A stretch of 64,000 bases of DNA, from the NCBI GenBank assembly GCA_963693365.1, contig CAVNZM010000002.1:4914259-4978258 (forward strand), given 5' to 3'. Position 1 is the first letter of the stretch. Every line of letters begins with the position of its first letter. The DNA is from Amoebidium appalachense (lineage: Eukaryota; Protista; Ichthyosporea). Positions 1 through 14,637 of this stretch are shown here, in pieces. The notes under the pieces are model-generated. The model did not search any database and was not told where the DNA came from. It worked only from the letters and a program-made list of their open reading frames with translations. The translations under genes were made by a program, and so were the position numbers.

Positions 1-3000
1 CCCTCCAACGTGCATATGCAACTAAGCATTTACTGTGACTTTAGACACGTGAGCCCAAAGAGGGGGGACTATCCTACCCTTGGAACCACCTCCACGCTGG
101 GGAAGGTGCTGCCCGGGTGGGACGCTGGCGGGTTTGACGGACAACATGATGTTTGTGCGTGTGCCAGAGACGCGCTAAAAAACCAAAAAAGTATCTTTGA
201 GCTATAGCAAGGCCAAATTCATGCTCTCGAGCCCTGTAGATGAAACAACAGCGAGATGTAACGTGTAATTTCACGCAAACGGTACTATGTATGTATGTTA
301 GGAATCGCGAAGCTAATAAAAAAGAATATCTATAAAAAGCTGTGAGTGTTAGCGCTTTACGAACCAACGTTTGTTCTGTGTGGTCGCCCCTACTCATCTG
401 CAAACTACTCCCTGCATCTCTAAAACGTTTTACCGCTCAGTCCCACTGCTCAAAAGCCCCTAGAACATCGCGATAAGCCCGCTTAGAGCCCGTGTGTTTC
501 AAGTTACTAAGTAGCTATGAATACTAGTCGGACGTTGTAAGGCTCCCAGAAACTTCCAAACTGTTGGCCAGGAAGAGATATCATGTCACGTATGTGAAGC
601 GACCTCCGAGTGTTGGCTGCTCATACTGCCACTGCCCCCTTCAAAGCTGCGTTTGTGTTTGTGTGACGGTCGCAGATGATTTGACAGCATGTGATAAATT
701 GAGATCCAACATCATTCCCCCTAAACTAGTGCGAGGTGCTTGAATTCTCGATTGCTGTGACGCGTGCATGGGCGTTTTCAGCGAGTATAATGGGAATCTG
801 CATCATATGCGGACACAAATGACATAAAAAAGCACTAAAAATGCATTATCGACATAAAAAAAGATACTTTTGAGCAGTTTTTCCGCGAGAAAGTCAACAC
901 TCGATTCACATCTCGCCTCTCCATTATCCATGAGCACATCAATAAAGTCATCATAAAAACAACGGATCAATAAACCCGGAAAAAAGGAAAATAAAAACAT
1001 AAACTGTTGTAGTTTGATGGACAGATCTAAGGAGACGGTCCTGGTACTTAGGGCAACCAACCAAATCAGCTTATTTTAATGCGTGGTATGTGCATCTTTG
1101 CTCAAGTTCAGGGGTTGAATTACGACACAGACCCCAAATCGTCGTATTTACGATTAAGCCCAGGGAGTCAATACGTGTAGCGCTGCGAGGTGCTGTATTG
1201 GTCTTTCTTAACAGTGAAATAGGCCACAAAAGTGTATTTTGGTGTGTATTTATACAAAATGGGTGGTTTCTCGGGTAAAAGGTGGTCAGGTGGTTACTTT
1301 TGCACTCCAGATCGGAATATGAAGCCCTGCTGTGTCTATAGGGGTGTGTACTACGCTAAGGGAGTGTAAAATCAACTGAAATTGGTCATCAAATTTAAAC
1401 ATATGAGGGGTCTATTGCGTAAACCCCTCTACACGAACAAAACAACAAGTGACCAAAGGACACCAGCTGGCAAAGGTACAAGTGCACGTGTATGCGTGAA
1501 ACTAGTTTGCTCCAACTAGTCAGATGCATCGATGTTGACCAGACCACACTCCGCAAGAAGACATCATTACTGCTGCTTCAACAGGCCCCACTCAAAACCT
1601 ACCGGAGCACAGCAAGCAAGTCAGCCCTTTAAAGAGCAATGCAGACCAAATCCGAACAAGAAAACAATCTCCACGGGCCCGGCCCCTAGAAACCCCGCAG
1701 TAACTGCATCTAGCTCCCTGATAAGGTGGCCTAGTTGTGGCAGGACACACAGGAAAACACAATTACAGAATGCATGCAAGCAAACCCGGTTATTGCCATA
1801 CGACTGGAGGCTAAGAACTGGCAGTCACTGGGAAAGCTCCCCGACGACCCAGTAGCCGCCCCTCCACTCACGAAATAGCTGAAGAAGTTGCAGCAGCCCA
1901 CCGCCAATAGGTCGCGTAGAAGCATAGACAGCGTGTAGAAGTTACCGTGGGTTGCAGTGGACCTCCAGGCGTTGAAGAAACACTTCTCAAGCGAGAAACT
2001 CCGCGAAAGGGAGATGCCTCCACACTCTCACAGAAGTAGGAATACACCAGGCCACATCACACACACGCTGCACTCACGTTCCCCTGAGTGGGACTCCCTC
2101 CCACCACAAAAAGAAGAAACGAAAGCCTTTACATACCTGCCATGGTGAAGAATCGGGAAAGAAAGTTGACGTGACAGCTAAGAGATCGAAGTGAAAGTGA
2201 AGACCCAACAAGAAGAAACGAAAGCCTTTATATACCTGCCATGGCTGGTATTACGATTGAGTTCAGGGTAAAACGGGTAGCACAGCCAAAACCCCACAAC
2301 CCCTGCTGGGCTTTTATGAAAACCCAATCAAACGGCGCTATTCTCTACAATATGAGGCAGCCTGACTCGACGTGTACTCAGTGATGGAGATCAGATGTGT
2401 AACAGAAATAATAACATGGCTTGGTAATACATGTGTACTGTTACAGTGATAGGAAGTCTCGAATCCTTTCTAAGTGCAGTTGTAATAAAAAAATACTCTT
2501 CTCAAATATACCGGGTTGTTCATGCGGCGTTTTTATGCGCGTTACGGTGGCTCCTGTGACGTGTGTTGCGTAATCGCATGGATTGCGTAATCATTCACAG
2601 AATCATTAGTACTGTCTGTCAGGCTGAGGCTTCAACGGTCATAAATATTTTTCTTGTTCGCTGGCCGGAAAGCTTTGTACAACTTCCCCCCCGCCACCCG
2701 GAACCGGTTTGGAAAGGTTCAGTTTACATCTTTTTACCATGCCTAATGTTGGCCCGCTGCCCTCGTGATCATTTTTCAAATCCTCTAGACTGAGTTGATT
2801 ACGGCTTATAAGGGCACGGAAGGTAAGGTAAGAGCTAAAATGTGTAGTCTTGAGTTTCTTTTCTCAATGATGTTCTCCTTCCATCCTCCCCTCTCTCCCA
2901 CCATCCCTCCCTCTCCTCCCCTGAGAACACACACCACCACTTTGTCCAAGTATATGAGCTTTGTGTCTCCGAATAGCTGCCTACTAATTAGCATGCAATA

Positions 3001-3142
3001 AACTGAAGTTTAACCACAACTTTCGTCTTCCTGTGTCCTTCAAGTCGTCTTTTTGTCCTCCCCCACCTCTCCCGCCCCTTCCCCCCCCCCCCCCTCCCCC
3101 CTCCCCCTCCCCGCCCCCCACCCAACCACACACACATGCGCG

Positions 3143-3232
<90 letters not shown>

Positions 3233-3301
3233 CACACACACACACTAACACACACACACACACACACGCACACACACAAACACACACAAAAACCATTTTG
3301 C

Positions 3302-3526
<225 letters not shown>

Positions 3527-3854
3527 ACTTCTCTCCTTGCCTCGGCCTATGTACAATATTGTGCCAAAACAGCAATCTTTATTCCCGGCACTAGCCAGCT
3601 CTTTCCCGCCACCTTCGTCACTGTCGTTTTGGCCAAGAACTGTGCCATTTCATCCCTTCTAGCAAAATTATTAGGGTGGAATAATGTTTGGGACTTTTGA
3701 GCACGTTCAAGGGTGTTCCTCCTTTCTCCCCCTTCCCCCTTCCCTTCTCCCCCCCCCCCCCCCCCCGCCCCCCCTATTGAAGCTTCCCCCTCAACCCCTT
3801 CAAAACCCCACTGCTCCCTCCAGCCCTCCCCCCACCCCCACCCCCCACTCCCCC

Positions 3855-3885
<31 letters not shown>

Positions 3886-4215
3886 AACAAAAAACAAAAA
3901 ACATCACAACCTTCTGCCTGCTCGTTGGCCACCAGCTACCCCCCCACCCCCCGGAGAGGAAGGGGGGGGGGGGGAGGGGGGGGGGGGGGGGAGTGAGGGG
4001 AAGGGGGGAGGGGGGAAGGAGGGTAACGGGGGGAGGGGGGGGGGGGGGGGGGGGGACGGGGAGAATGAGGGCTCCTCAGTTGATAGTGCTTCCTGTTTGT
4101 GCTATGGAAAAAAAATCTTCGAGCACTTCCTTGTGAACGATCCCACACGCTGAGACTGACAAAGTGGTGGGGTAACTCAGAGAGCCGAAAAATTTGACTT
4201 CAGTGAACGAGAAAA

Positions 4216-4855
4216 ATGCTCGACCATTTTCGCCATGTCGGGCACGCCTGCCTGAGGACACTTAGTCGTGACGTGAGATGGAGTGTTGTTTTGGCAAAGA
4301 CAGCGCTGCCAGCCACCTATGTCATGTTTTTGAAGGTGTGTAACTCTCACCTTCCCGAAGATTGCGCGCATCATAACTTCTCATCATTTTAATTCTAAGT
4401 GTTTAGATGTTTGTTGAGGTGCAAAGTTAAGGTGCAGGGATGGTCGGGGCCGGAGGGGGGGGGGGGGGGGGGCGGGCATGGAGAGGGGGACGGAGGGGGG
4501 GGGGGGAGGGGGAGGAAGCGGTGGGTGACAGAGATCCTAGGAGTGTTGGTACACCAAAGTACCATATGAAAGGAGGTGAGACGAGGGTGGATATGGGAGA
4601 GAGCTGGAAAGTGGTTGGAAACGGGCAGTGTGGTTCCTCGCATGTGTGTATGTGTGTGTGTAGTTGAGGGTGGGTATACGGCAATGGCATAGGCAAGCGG
4701 AGGGGAGGGGGCGGGGGAGCCGGCGGCTGCGGGGGGGGGGGGGGGAGGGGGGGGGGGGAGGAGGTGGGGCGGGGCCGGGGGGGGGGGGGGGGGGGGAGGG
4801 AGGGAAGGGAGGGGGGAAGGGGGGGGGGGGGAGGGGGAGGGAAGGGAGGGAGGAA

Positions 4856-4887
<32 letters not shown>

Positions 4888-5887
4888 AAGATGTGAAGGA
4901 GGAACGTTGGTGCTGAAAGAGAGGATGAAAGTTTAGGTGTTGACGTGTGGAGAAAACAAACAAAGGGGAGGGAGTGGTGGATGAAAGCCGGCGGGAATCA
5001 GCGTGGGATAAGTTGCAGGGCGGGGGGAAGGAGGGTGGGCGAGCATGTCGGAGGAAGGAAGAAGGGTGGAATTTGGTGGGTGTGGGTGGGATGCCAAGCC
5101 GAATGCGATAAAAAGGGTCGATTATCCTCAATCAAATTTCAAACATAATGTTCTCAGGTATACCATTTAAATTCTTTACTTCTATAAAAAAAACTCACGT
5201 GTGCCTTATCTTTATTCAGAGCAGACATGGGCACAGCGGCTATGCCACCCTGTCGGATGCCAAACTGGTCGACTTTAGGCTGTCACCGAGGCAGGCAGAG
5301 GATGCAGTCAGTAGGAATAGGACGTGGTTGCAAAAGGTGGGTGTGTCTGTATGTGTGTGTATGTGTGTGTGTGTGTGTGTGTGGGGTGGGGGGGGGGGGG
5401 GGGGGGGGGGGGGACGGCTGGGGGGGGGGGGGAGAGGGGGCGAGACAGCCTGGGAAGGATAGGGAGGATAGGGAGGGGATGAGGAGATGGGTATGTGTGT
5501 GTGTGGAGGGGTGGGTGGAAGGGGATATTTATGTGTGTGTGTGTGGGGGGGGGGGGGGGGGGAGGGGGGATGGCAATATGTGTAGGATGGGAGGGAAGGG
5601 GAGAAGCGATGGGTATGTGTGTGGCGGGGATGGGTGTGTGGGGGGGAGATGGGTATGTGTAATTGGGGTGAGGGGAGGGAATGGGTAGTTGTGCGTGTTT
5701 GTGTATGTCTTTGGGGGGGAGGGGGAGGGGAGGCGAAGGGTATTTGTATTTATTATCCTGGGGGGGGGGGGGGGGGGGGGGGGGGGATGCGTATGGGTGT
5801 GTGGGTGGGTGGGTGGAAGGGGACGGGTATGTGTCTTGGGGAAAGGGTGTCTATGAGGTGGGTGACAGGGGATGTTTACGTGTGAGT

Positions 5888-5918
<31 letters not shown>

Positions 5919-6099
5919 GGGGGGGGGAGGGGGAGAGGATGGGTATGTGTGTGTGTGGGGGGGGGGGGGGGGGGGGGATGAGTGTGTGTGGTGGGTAGGG
6001 GTGGATGCGTGTGTGTGTGTGGGGGGGGGGGGAGGGAAGGGGGGGGGGGGGGGGGGGGGGGGGGTGTGAATGGGTGAAGGTGTGTGGGTGCTTGTGTGT

Positions 6100-6130
<31 letters not shown>

Positions 6131-6425
6131 GAGCGGGGAGATGTTAAGGTGTGTGGGGGGTGATGGGTGTGTGGTTGGCAGGAACAGTTTCGGGACATGG
6201 GGGGGGGGGGGGGGGGGGGGGGGAGGGTTTGGGATAACGGGCGTTGAGGTAAAGTGTTTTCATGTAGCCAACCCCCCCCCCCCCCCCCCCCCCCCGGCCC
6301 TCTACCCACACCACACACACACACAGCTCTAGTCCTAAAAGCGTAAAAGAAAGAACGAAAACAAGAGAAGGATATGGAAGGAAGAAAATAACACACAGGT
6401 GTCAAATTACACCCAACCCTTTCCC

Positions 6426-6456
<31 letters not shown>

Positions 6457-7016
6457 ACACACAATCCCTCCCCCCATCCCCCCCCCCCCCCCCCCCCCTC
6501 CCTTTACCCCTCCCCCCGTTTCCCCCCTTCTCATAGCCATGCACACTGTTCTTACCAGCAAAAACACACACTCCCAGAATCCGGAAATCGAGAACATGCG
6601 CGCTGTGTTTATGCCATTTTTCGTTTTCGACGTACACAGCACATGGAGTGCAAGGGCCCAGGTCGGATACGACTACACAACACGAACGTACGACGCTTTC
6701 CGTAAACAATGGGTGACAGAAACTAGAACGGAGTGGAGAATACCAACACATGACTGGGTCGGGAGGGGTGATTTTCCGGCTTCGGACAGGGCTGTTAGTC
6801 AGGTGTGTGTGTTGGTGTTTTATGTTTGTTTTCCCCCGCCGCTCCTAACCACAGTTTATGAGAATTTGTTTTGGGGAAAGCATGGCACATGCCAATTTTG
6901 TGGTGGTGTGTGGGCTGCTGTTATGTTCCCCTCTCTCCGCATTCCTATTTAACCACCACAGATGGTGGGCAAGAGAAATCAGAAAGAGGTGGTGGTGGTG
7001 GAGAGGAGAAGGAAAA

Positions 7017-7050
<34 letters not shown>

Positions 7051-8160
7051 GGGGGGGGGGGCTCGGGGACGGGGAGGGAGGGGGTGTTTGCATTGGTTTG
7101 GGTGTGTGTGTGGGGGGCGGGGGGGGGGGGGGGGGGGGGAGGGAGGACCAGGGATTGGGACGAAGAGTAGACTCTCACATAATTTAAGGCAATTGGGTGT
7201 TGGGGGCGAAAGGAGGGGGGATGGGAGGGGGGGGGGGGGGGGGGGCGGTTTGATGCTTGGGGTGCCGTGATTTTTCCTCACGTCTTCTCGCCCCTTTCTC
7301 TCAGGTGTATGCGGGATTAAGACACGAGCGACCGTATGTTCAAGCAGTCAAACTGAGCAATGCATTGCAGCTAGCGCACCCATTCAACCCCAGCTACATA
7401 GCTAACAAGAAGAGAGAGATAGAGCCATTTGAGGTCTACAAGTGGGTGTTCCTTTATACACTCCATGTATTGTGTGTGTGTTTGTTGTCCCTTTATTTTG
7501 GTTTTTGGTTGCACTTGACACATATCTGCCAAAGAAATATTTGCAAATTCGTGTTTTTGGATGCCCTCCGTGTGGGAGGAGAGGGAGGCGGGGGAGGGGG
7601 GGGGGGGGGGGGGTAGGGGGGAAGGGAGGGGCGGCTACGTATCGACAGCCCCATGAGGGTTGGAATGGTTCCCGCTTTGCCTTGCAATTTTGCTGTTGAA
7701 GGATAATGACATACATAGTGGTGTCAACGCATGGTAGAAAAAAACGTGGGATTGGTTATGGTTGAATTTTTGCATAGCTCAAGCGCGAAATGACCGATGG
7801 GGGTTATGACTGGTGAAATGACTCGTGAGAGAATGGCCGGTGAGCTGAGAAATGACTTATGGGAGATATGACAAGTGAGAGATGTAAACCCCAGATGTAA
7901 CTACTTGTGTTTTCGCATTAACACGCTTTTGGCCCATGCTCAGTTATGTATCGATACTTTGCAGCCTTATTTCTCTTCGTATTCACCTTCACCCATATAG
8001 ACACACACCGACACACACATGCCCACACAATAGCACACAGCACCTAACACACACACGTGTGCGCGCATGCGCACGCGTACACACACGCACACACGCTCGC
8101 ACACAAGCACACAGACAGACACCACACACGCGCACACACGCGCGCGCGCACACACGCGCG

Positions 8161-8219
<59 letters not shown>

Positions 8220-8221
8220 CC

Positions 8222-8300
<79 letters not shown>

Positions 8301-8361
8301 TCACGAACAACATACACACGAAGGCGAAAACGAAAATAATATTATATATATATATATATAC

Positions 8362-8393
<32 letters not shown>

Positions 8394-9667
8394 TACTATC
8401 CCGATCCACACCCTATTAACACATTTAATTGATGTTTCTTTCATCCTTCTCAGAACACGCGCATGGGAGATGGTCATACAGCGAGTGCAACGCCTATCCC
8501 AGCAAGAAGCAGAAAAGGCCATCAAGCGGGACACCAACTGTGACCGTGTTGCGGGCCTGACTGTGGATGTGCACGTGACATATAGCAGCAGCCATGCAGT
8601 GTACCTGCCTGCCTATGTCTTGGAGTGGGCCCATGCAGGCTATCTATTCAAAACGGTAATGTGATATGCAAAGGTCCCCAATCGATTCCCCCCCCCCCCC
8701 CCCCTCCCCCCCCCCCCCCCCTCCCCTCCTCCCCTCCCCGACCCCCCCCCCCCCCCCACCCACCCCTCCCCCCACCCTCCCCCCTCCCCCCCCCCCCATC
8801 CCCCCCCCCCCCCCCCAAAAAAAAAAAAAAAAAAAAAAAAAAACCGAGAAAGGAAAAGGCAAAAGCCCCTTTCTACCCTCCGTGCTCTCGTGCACACCTG
8901 ATACACGTGCGTGCTTGCGCATGCGTGAGTTTATATATGCGTGCTTGCGCATGCGTGAGTTTATATATGCGTGCTTGCGCATGCGTGAGTTTATCTGTGC
9001 GTGCTTGCGCATGCGTGAGTTATATGTGCGTGCGTGGCGTGGCGTGCGTGTGTGGGTACGTTAAGGGAGTGAGGTGGTGACTGACGTTTTTGTTTGTTTG
9101 TTTTTCTTTCTCAGTTTGTGAGTGGTGAGTCTGGTGCAGTGGGAGGGGAGAATGTCTACTCGGAGACCAAAGTTGGGCTCTTGGCTGCAGCGGCTGCATC
9201 TTTCTGGCATGTGCTGGCATACTATCCTCATGGCACTGCACCAATGATGCAAAAGGTATGGTTTGTCATTATGTTTATTTATTGTGCTTGTTGTTAGTTT
9301 TATTATTTACAGGTGTTATAGTTATAGTCATGGCATTGCTGGTGTCATTGTTAAGATACTGATATTCCGTTTATGTTTCTTGGTAGTTGGCAGTTTTGGG
9401 GCTTGGTTTGCAGGCATTTTATCCGATGTCCTTTTACGTTTTCGTATTGAATATTTTGGCATGCATGACACCCAAGGAGCTATGTAGAACAGGTGGCTCG
9501 TGATTGGGTACAGCTATGAAACTGGTGGTGCGAAAGCCGATCAGAAATGGTTTTGGCAGTAGTTAGCTAGCAGAGCTTCGGGGTTACCATCTGGGTCATT
9601 CTATCTTTTACGGGATTCATAGGGTCACAAACACACGCAGAACCCCCCCCCCCCCCCCCCCCCCCCC

Positions 9668-9747
<80 letters not shown>

Positions 9748-10295
9748 CACCCGCACGCACACGTACGCACACATGCGTGCACTCGCGCACACACGTCCGG
9801 TCACTCACTCTCACTTGCATTCGCACTCAAACTCAAACACACACACACTTCCCCCCCACCCCCTCTTCCCCGCTCCCCCCTGCCCCCAAAGAACTCTAAC
9901 CCAACCACCCATGACCAGGTGCTCTCCGTGTTGGGCACATCCGGCTTCATCACTCAAGTAGGCACACTGGGGTTTCTGTGTGGGTTTGGTGCCCGTTTCC
10001 TGCCTGTGATGTCCCTCGTGTGGAAGGTCAGGCAGAGGCAGAGCGAGATTCTGGCAAACACTTTGCACTCCAGCCGCCAACAGATAGGCAGTAACCCCAC
10101 CCCCCTCTCCCATCCCCCCCCCCCCCCCCCCCCCCCATCCCCAGCCTCCTCTTCACTCCCCACCCCTCTTCTTCAATCCCCATCATCCCCCTTCTCCTCC
10201 CCCCCCCCCCCCCCCCCCCCCCCCACCACCACCACCACCACCACCACCACCACATTCCGCCTGCCCATCACACATGCACACCCACTCATCCATCC

Positions 10296-10345
<50 letters not shown>

Positions 10346-11743
10346 CCCCCCCCCCCCCCCCTCCCCCCTCCCCTCCCCCGGTCTGCACAACTGCATGTAC
10401 ACTCTGATCACCTCCTGGTAAATCGATCCAATATCATTCCTTGTTCTCCCCCGAAGAGCATTGCTCCCATCAGGTCTTTTATATCACTATAGTACCATTG
10501 GGGTGTGTGAATGGTGTTGGAATTCGAAACAAACACGACGACCTCGCAGTAATGCAATGGAAACTGCGCGAATCTGAAGATGTGTGCTCTGATTGCTTGA
10601 TATCCACATGTGTCTTTTGCATATCTACACCCCACTATAATCACCATTTAAAACCCCGTTTTTCTTCCACCACACAGACTGGGTGGGAGACACACACAGG
10701 AAGAGCAAACTGGGGCTTCGGTGAGGAGTGGAGAGAGGCGTGGAGACGGGCAGAACAAGCAGCGGGGGGTGCATGGGGCCAGGCAGGGGGGAGAAGGGAG
10801 GAGGGGAGAGGGGCATGGGGGTGGGCGGATGAAAGTTCACACCGGAGAGAGAGGAGACAGGAGGAGGCACGTGGGAGTGCACGGGCACGGGCAGGGGGGG
10901 ACCCACTGGGCTACTATGCTGCACTAGGTGCGTGGGAGCATACCTCGCTCACACTCCGTTTACCCCCCCCCCCCCCCCCCCCCCCCCCCCCACCCCCACC
11001 CCCACCCTCATCCCCCTCTCCCCCCCTCTCCCCCCCCCCCTATCCCCTCCCTCTTTCCCGCCTCCCCCAGTCCTTCTGTAACTTCGTTCACCCAAACACC
11101 GAGAAAAGGGCATACAACCAAGCATGTGGTACATGAGGCAGTCGAAACAGGGCGAGAGCAAACAGACACCGTACGCGTGCAGTTTTCCCCCCCCAAAAAG
11201 TTTCCCAACACGATACTTGGTTTCCCTTCTTCCTCCATTGATATCTTTCCCTTCCCCCCCCTTCTCCTTCCCCCCCCCCCCCCCCCCCCCCCCCCCTCTC
11301 TCTCTCTCTCTCCCCCCCCCCCCCCCCCCCCCCCCCTTCCGCCTCGTTTCGTTCGTGGAGGCATAGGAATTCCAGCGGTTTTGGGTTTTGTTCGAGTATC
11401 TTTTGCCTGCACATTTTCATTCTGCATTTCTTTCGATCTGGGCAATTACCCTTGCTTCTGTCGTTGCCACCCCCCCCCCCCCCCCCCCCCCCCCCCCCTG
11501 CCCCCCTTCCCCTCCAATCCCCCCTGTGCAAAGCTGACCCAGCGCTGTTCTCTGTTTCAGGTGTGAAGCAGTCGGCAAGTGTGGATGAGATCAAGACGGC
11601 ATACAGAAAGAAGGTCGGTGTGTTCCATTTTTGTGCTTTTTTTGTATCTGTTGGTTTTTTTGTTTTTGTCAATGTTAATGAGGATTGCTGATTGCATGAG
11701 CTTCGGCATTTTGCAAGTAGAATTTTGCATACCCCCAGTTGAT

Positions 11744-11774
<31 letters not shown>

Positions 11775-12416
11775 TGCCCCCCTGTTTGCTGCTCGTTGTA
11801 TTAAGGTTTCTAGTGCTGCTCGGCTAATGCATACAGCCAAGATGACACACTTCTCTGTTCTCCAAACCCAGGGAAGGAAGCATTCTGTGCCTTTGATTGT
11901 TTTTTGTTCGGCTAGGTGCATGTGCGTACATCATGCGAGTACAAGAAATTGCATATTGTGTATAGACCAAATAACTCCTTGATGATAGTACATAACAAGA
12001 CCCGTGGTTTATGGATTGTACATTTTGGCTTTGCAATTGGTCCGTAGTTAAGCTAAACTTACCCTTTTACAGGCAATGGAATGTCATCCCGACATGGTTC
12101 CGGCAGAGAAGAAAGCAAAGGCCTCAGAGGAATTCAAGAAACTCACAGAGGCATACCAGGTAACCAATAAACACCCTACCACCTTCTTCTCTAGAAACGC
12201 GAAGAACTGCGCAAATTAAGTGTTCACCTACCTTTAATGTGCATCCCTTGTTCCTTTAATGTGTATCTCCGCGCCCGATACATAATCTTTTCCGTGTCTT
12301 CAGTATTTGTCCTCCTGCCTTTTGGGTTTCCGTTTCTTAGCATGGATATTCGTGCATTCGTGCTCCGCCTGACATGGTGCATGCACACACACAGCCACAA
12401 GCACACACGCACACAT

Positions 12417-12496
<80 letters not shown>

Positions 12497-12585
12497 GCAC
12501 TCGCACTCGCACTCGCATTCACGCACTCGCACTCACATTCACACACTCACACATTCACACTCACATTCACACACTCACACTCACA

Positions 12586-12660
<75 letters not shown>

Positions 12661-13027
12661 GCGCGCGCCGTGAAAGACCATAGACAAAACATGTGAACAA
12701 CCACTGACAGAGATGTGCGTACAAATAGTCAGTAGCAAGCTTTGAGCATCCCCCCCTTCTCCTCCCCCCGTTCCCCCCTCTTGATGCCTTACCTTCCCTT
12801 CCTCTTACCACCCCCCCCCCCCCCCCCCCCCCCCTCCCCCCTCCCCCCCCCCCCCCCCCCCCCAGAGGGGAAAAAAAAGGGAAAAAGGGGAAAAAAAAAG
12901 AAAAAAAAAAAGGAGGACACACACGGGGCACGGAGCACGCACACAAATACACTAATTTTCTGAATTGACACAGGTTCTACGAGACGCATCAAAACGAACA
13001 GCGTACGATCAGGGCCGCCCGGTGTAG
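4216..13027 (+). CDS. Multi-exon DnaJ/Hsp40-family protein: C-terminal J-domain (HPD), two hydrophobic segments, N-terminal domain resembling an uncharacterised bacterial family
   Basis: Exons 4216-4335, 5220-5336, 6578-6802, 7305-7441, 8454-8655, 9115-9255, 9919-~10090, ~10700-10927, 11561-11613, 12073-12159, 12974-13027 (GT-AG, phases consistent; the exon 7/8 junction is uncertain). C-terminus [68 protein letters not shown] is a canonical J-domain. The Arg-rich, acid-poor N-terminus could be a mitochondrial presequence (inference). Confidence 0.85.
8906..9030. repeat. 30-bp minisatellite, about 4 units
   Basis: Unit gtgcttgcgcatgcgtgagtttatatatgc. Confidence 0.85.
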
Positions 13028-13225
13028 TTTTCATGCCCAATCTTTATATAGCACGCCAGCCCCCGTTTCTAAATCCTATGAAAGCCTAGAATAAATGATG
13101 TGTCATGTAGCAGTAGTAGTTTAGAGGAGTAATGGTCGGGGGATTCCTCGTTAACATTTGAATCTATTTGGTGTTACACTCTTAACGTGGCTTCTTTTTG
13201 TGTGTGATGATCGAAATGTTTTGAT

Positions 13226-13278
<53 letters not shown>

Positions 13279-13726
13279 GGGGGGGGGACTTATTGCGATC
13301 GCTAGAGAGTATATGTATTTCAATATTAGTCATAATATTATATATAGAATTATGGTTAGTGTCGTGCTTTAGCCAGCTGCATTGTACATATGGTATTATG
13401 TAATTCAATTGTCTACCAGACCGTTGGGATAGACACCAGCACTGTAGTATTGTGTCATATTTATATTTACTAACCTCGTGCCAACTGATGGTCTTTTGTA
13501 CGGATAGCATATTTATATAAAACAACTACGAAAGTAGGAATAGCTATACCTGAACTTACCAAGCAAGGCTTCAACTTCAAAGAGATCTAATACCTAGGAT
13601 CAAAGTTTTTATTTTGAATGTTTACGTATGTATACTGGGACGACTGAAATGAAGATCATGGGTTCTAAGGAAATAGGTCTAATGGACCATAACACAACTT
13701 CCTATATTTCCTCGTACAGCTGGTGT

Positions 13727-13782
<56 letters not shown>

Positions 13783-14637
13783 GGTGTGTGTGTGTGCGTG
13801 CGTGCGTGCGTGTGCGTATATGTGTGCGTGTGCGTGGGTGGGTGGGTGGGTGGCTGCACGTGGGTGTGCAGTGTGTTGTGTGTATGTCTGTGGGTGTGTA
13901 TGCACGTGTGTGTCGAAAGGGGGGGGGGGGGAGTTGGGGGGGAAACATTTGGATTGTGCGTGCACATGCATGCATTGCATCAAGACATATTCATGACGTG
14001 CCTTGTTGGGTTTGTGCATAAACTTCAAGTTTTATTATTTGTAGATCAACAATTTCGGCTGTACGGGCAAGGCACTATTGATCATGGAGACCTTCACTTG
14101 CAAAAATGGTTATAACTGCTCGTCGCCACCGATAACCATAATAAGTAAAATGATTAAAGGTTGTAACTATTTGAATACCTTATCATACGCACAGATCTAT
14201 AAATAAAACTCGGAGAGCATACACACAAGGTTGATATATACAAGTGGTTTATGCGGCTTACACGTGTAAATTTCTCGTGTGATCCACAAACAAACATACT
14301 GAATACGGTAGAATCTGATTCGAAAAGAGACGCAAAAAAGGCAGGGTTCGAGTAATTCGTGCCGAGTTCTCTAAACATATACTTCATGGATAATAATACC
14401 CATCAATGCTATAGTTAACCAACGTTAGGTGATTTACAGCCACAAAATCATACAGGCAGCACTTTCGGCTGAGACCGCATCATAATTAACCCTTCATCAT
14501 ATCCTAGAGGTGTTGATAACGACTAAAAGTACAATCTAACTTTGTTGCTGATTTACGAAGCAAGGCTGCATTCTTTCCGTTTTTACAGTTCAAATTTCCG
14601 GATTTATCTTTTTCCGTCATGTTTCACCGCTACCTGT

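Noticed and set aside
1731-2244. Possible small minus-strand gene (duplicated ATGGCAG|GTAT in a 35-bp direct repeat at 2111-2145 and 2210-2244, with an open frame to 1731)
   Set aside because: Weak GAG acceptor and no recognisable protein; cannot be supported without transcripts.
7785-7891. Cluster of gaaatgac-like subrepeats ending in aaacccc (MITE-like)
   Set aside because: No matching opposite terminus or second copy found in the window.
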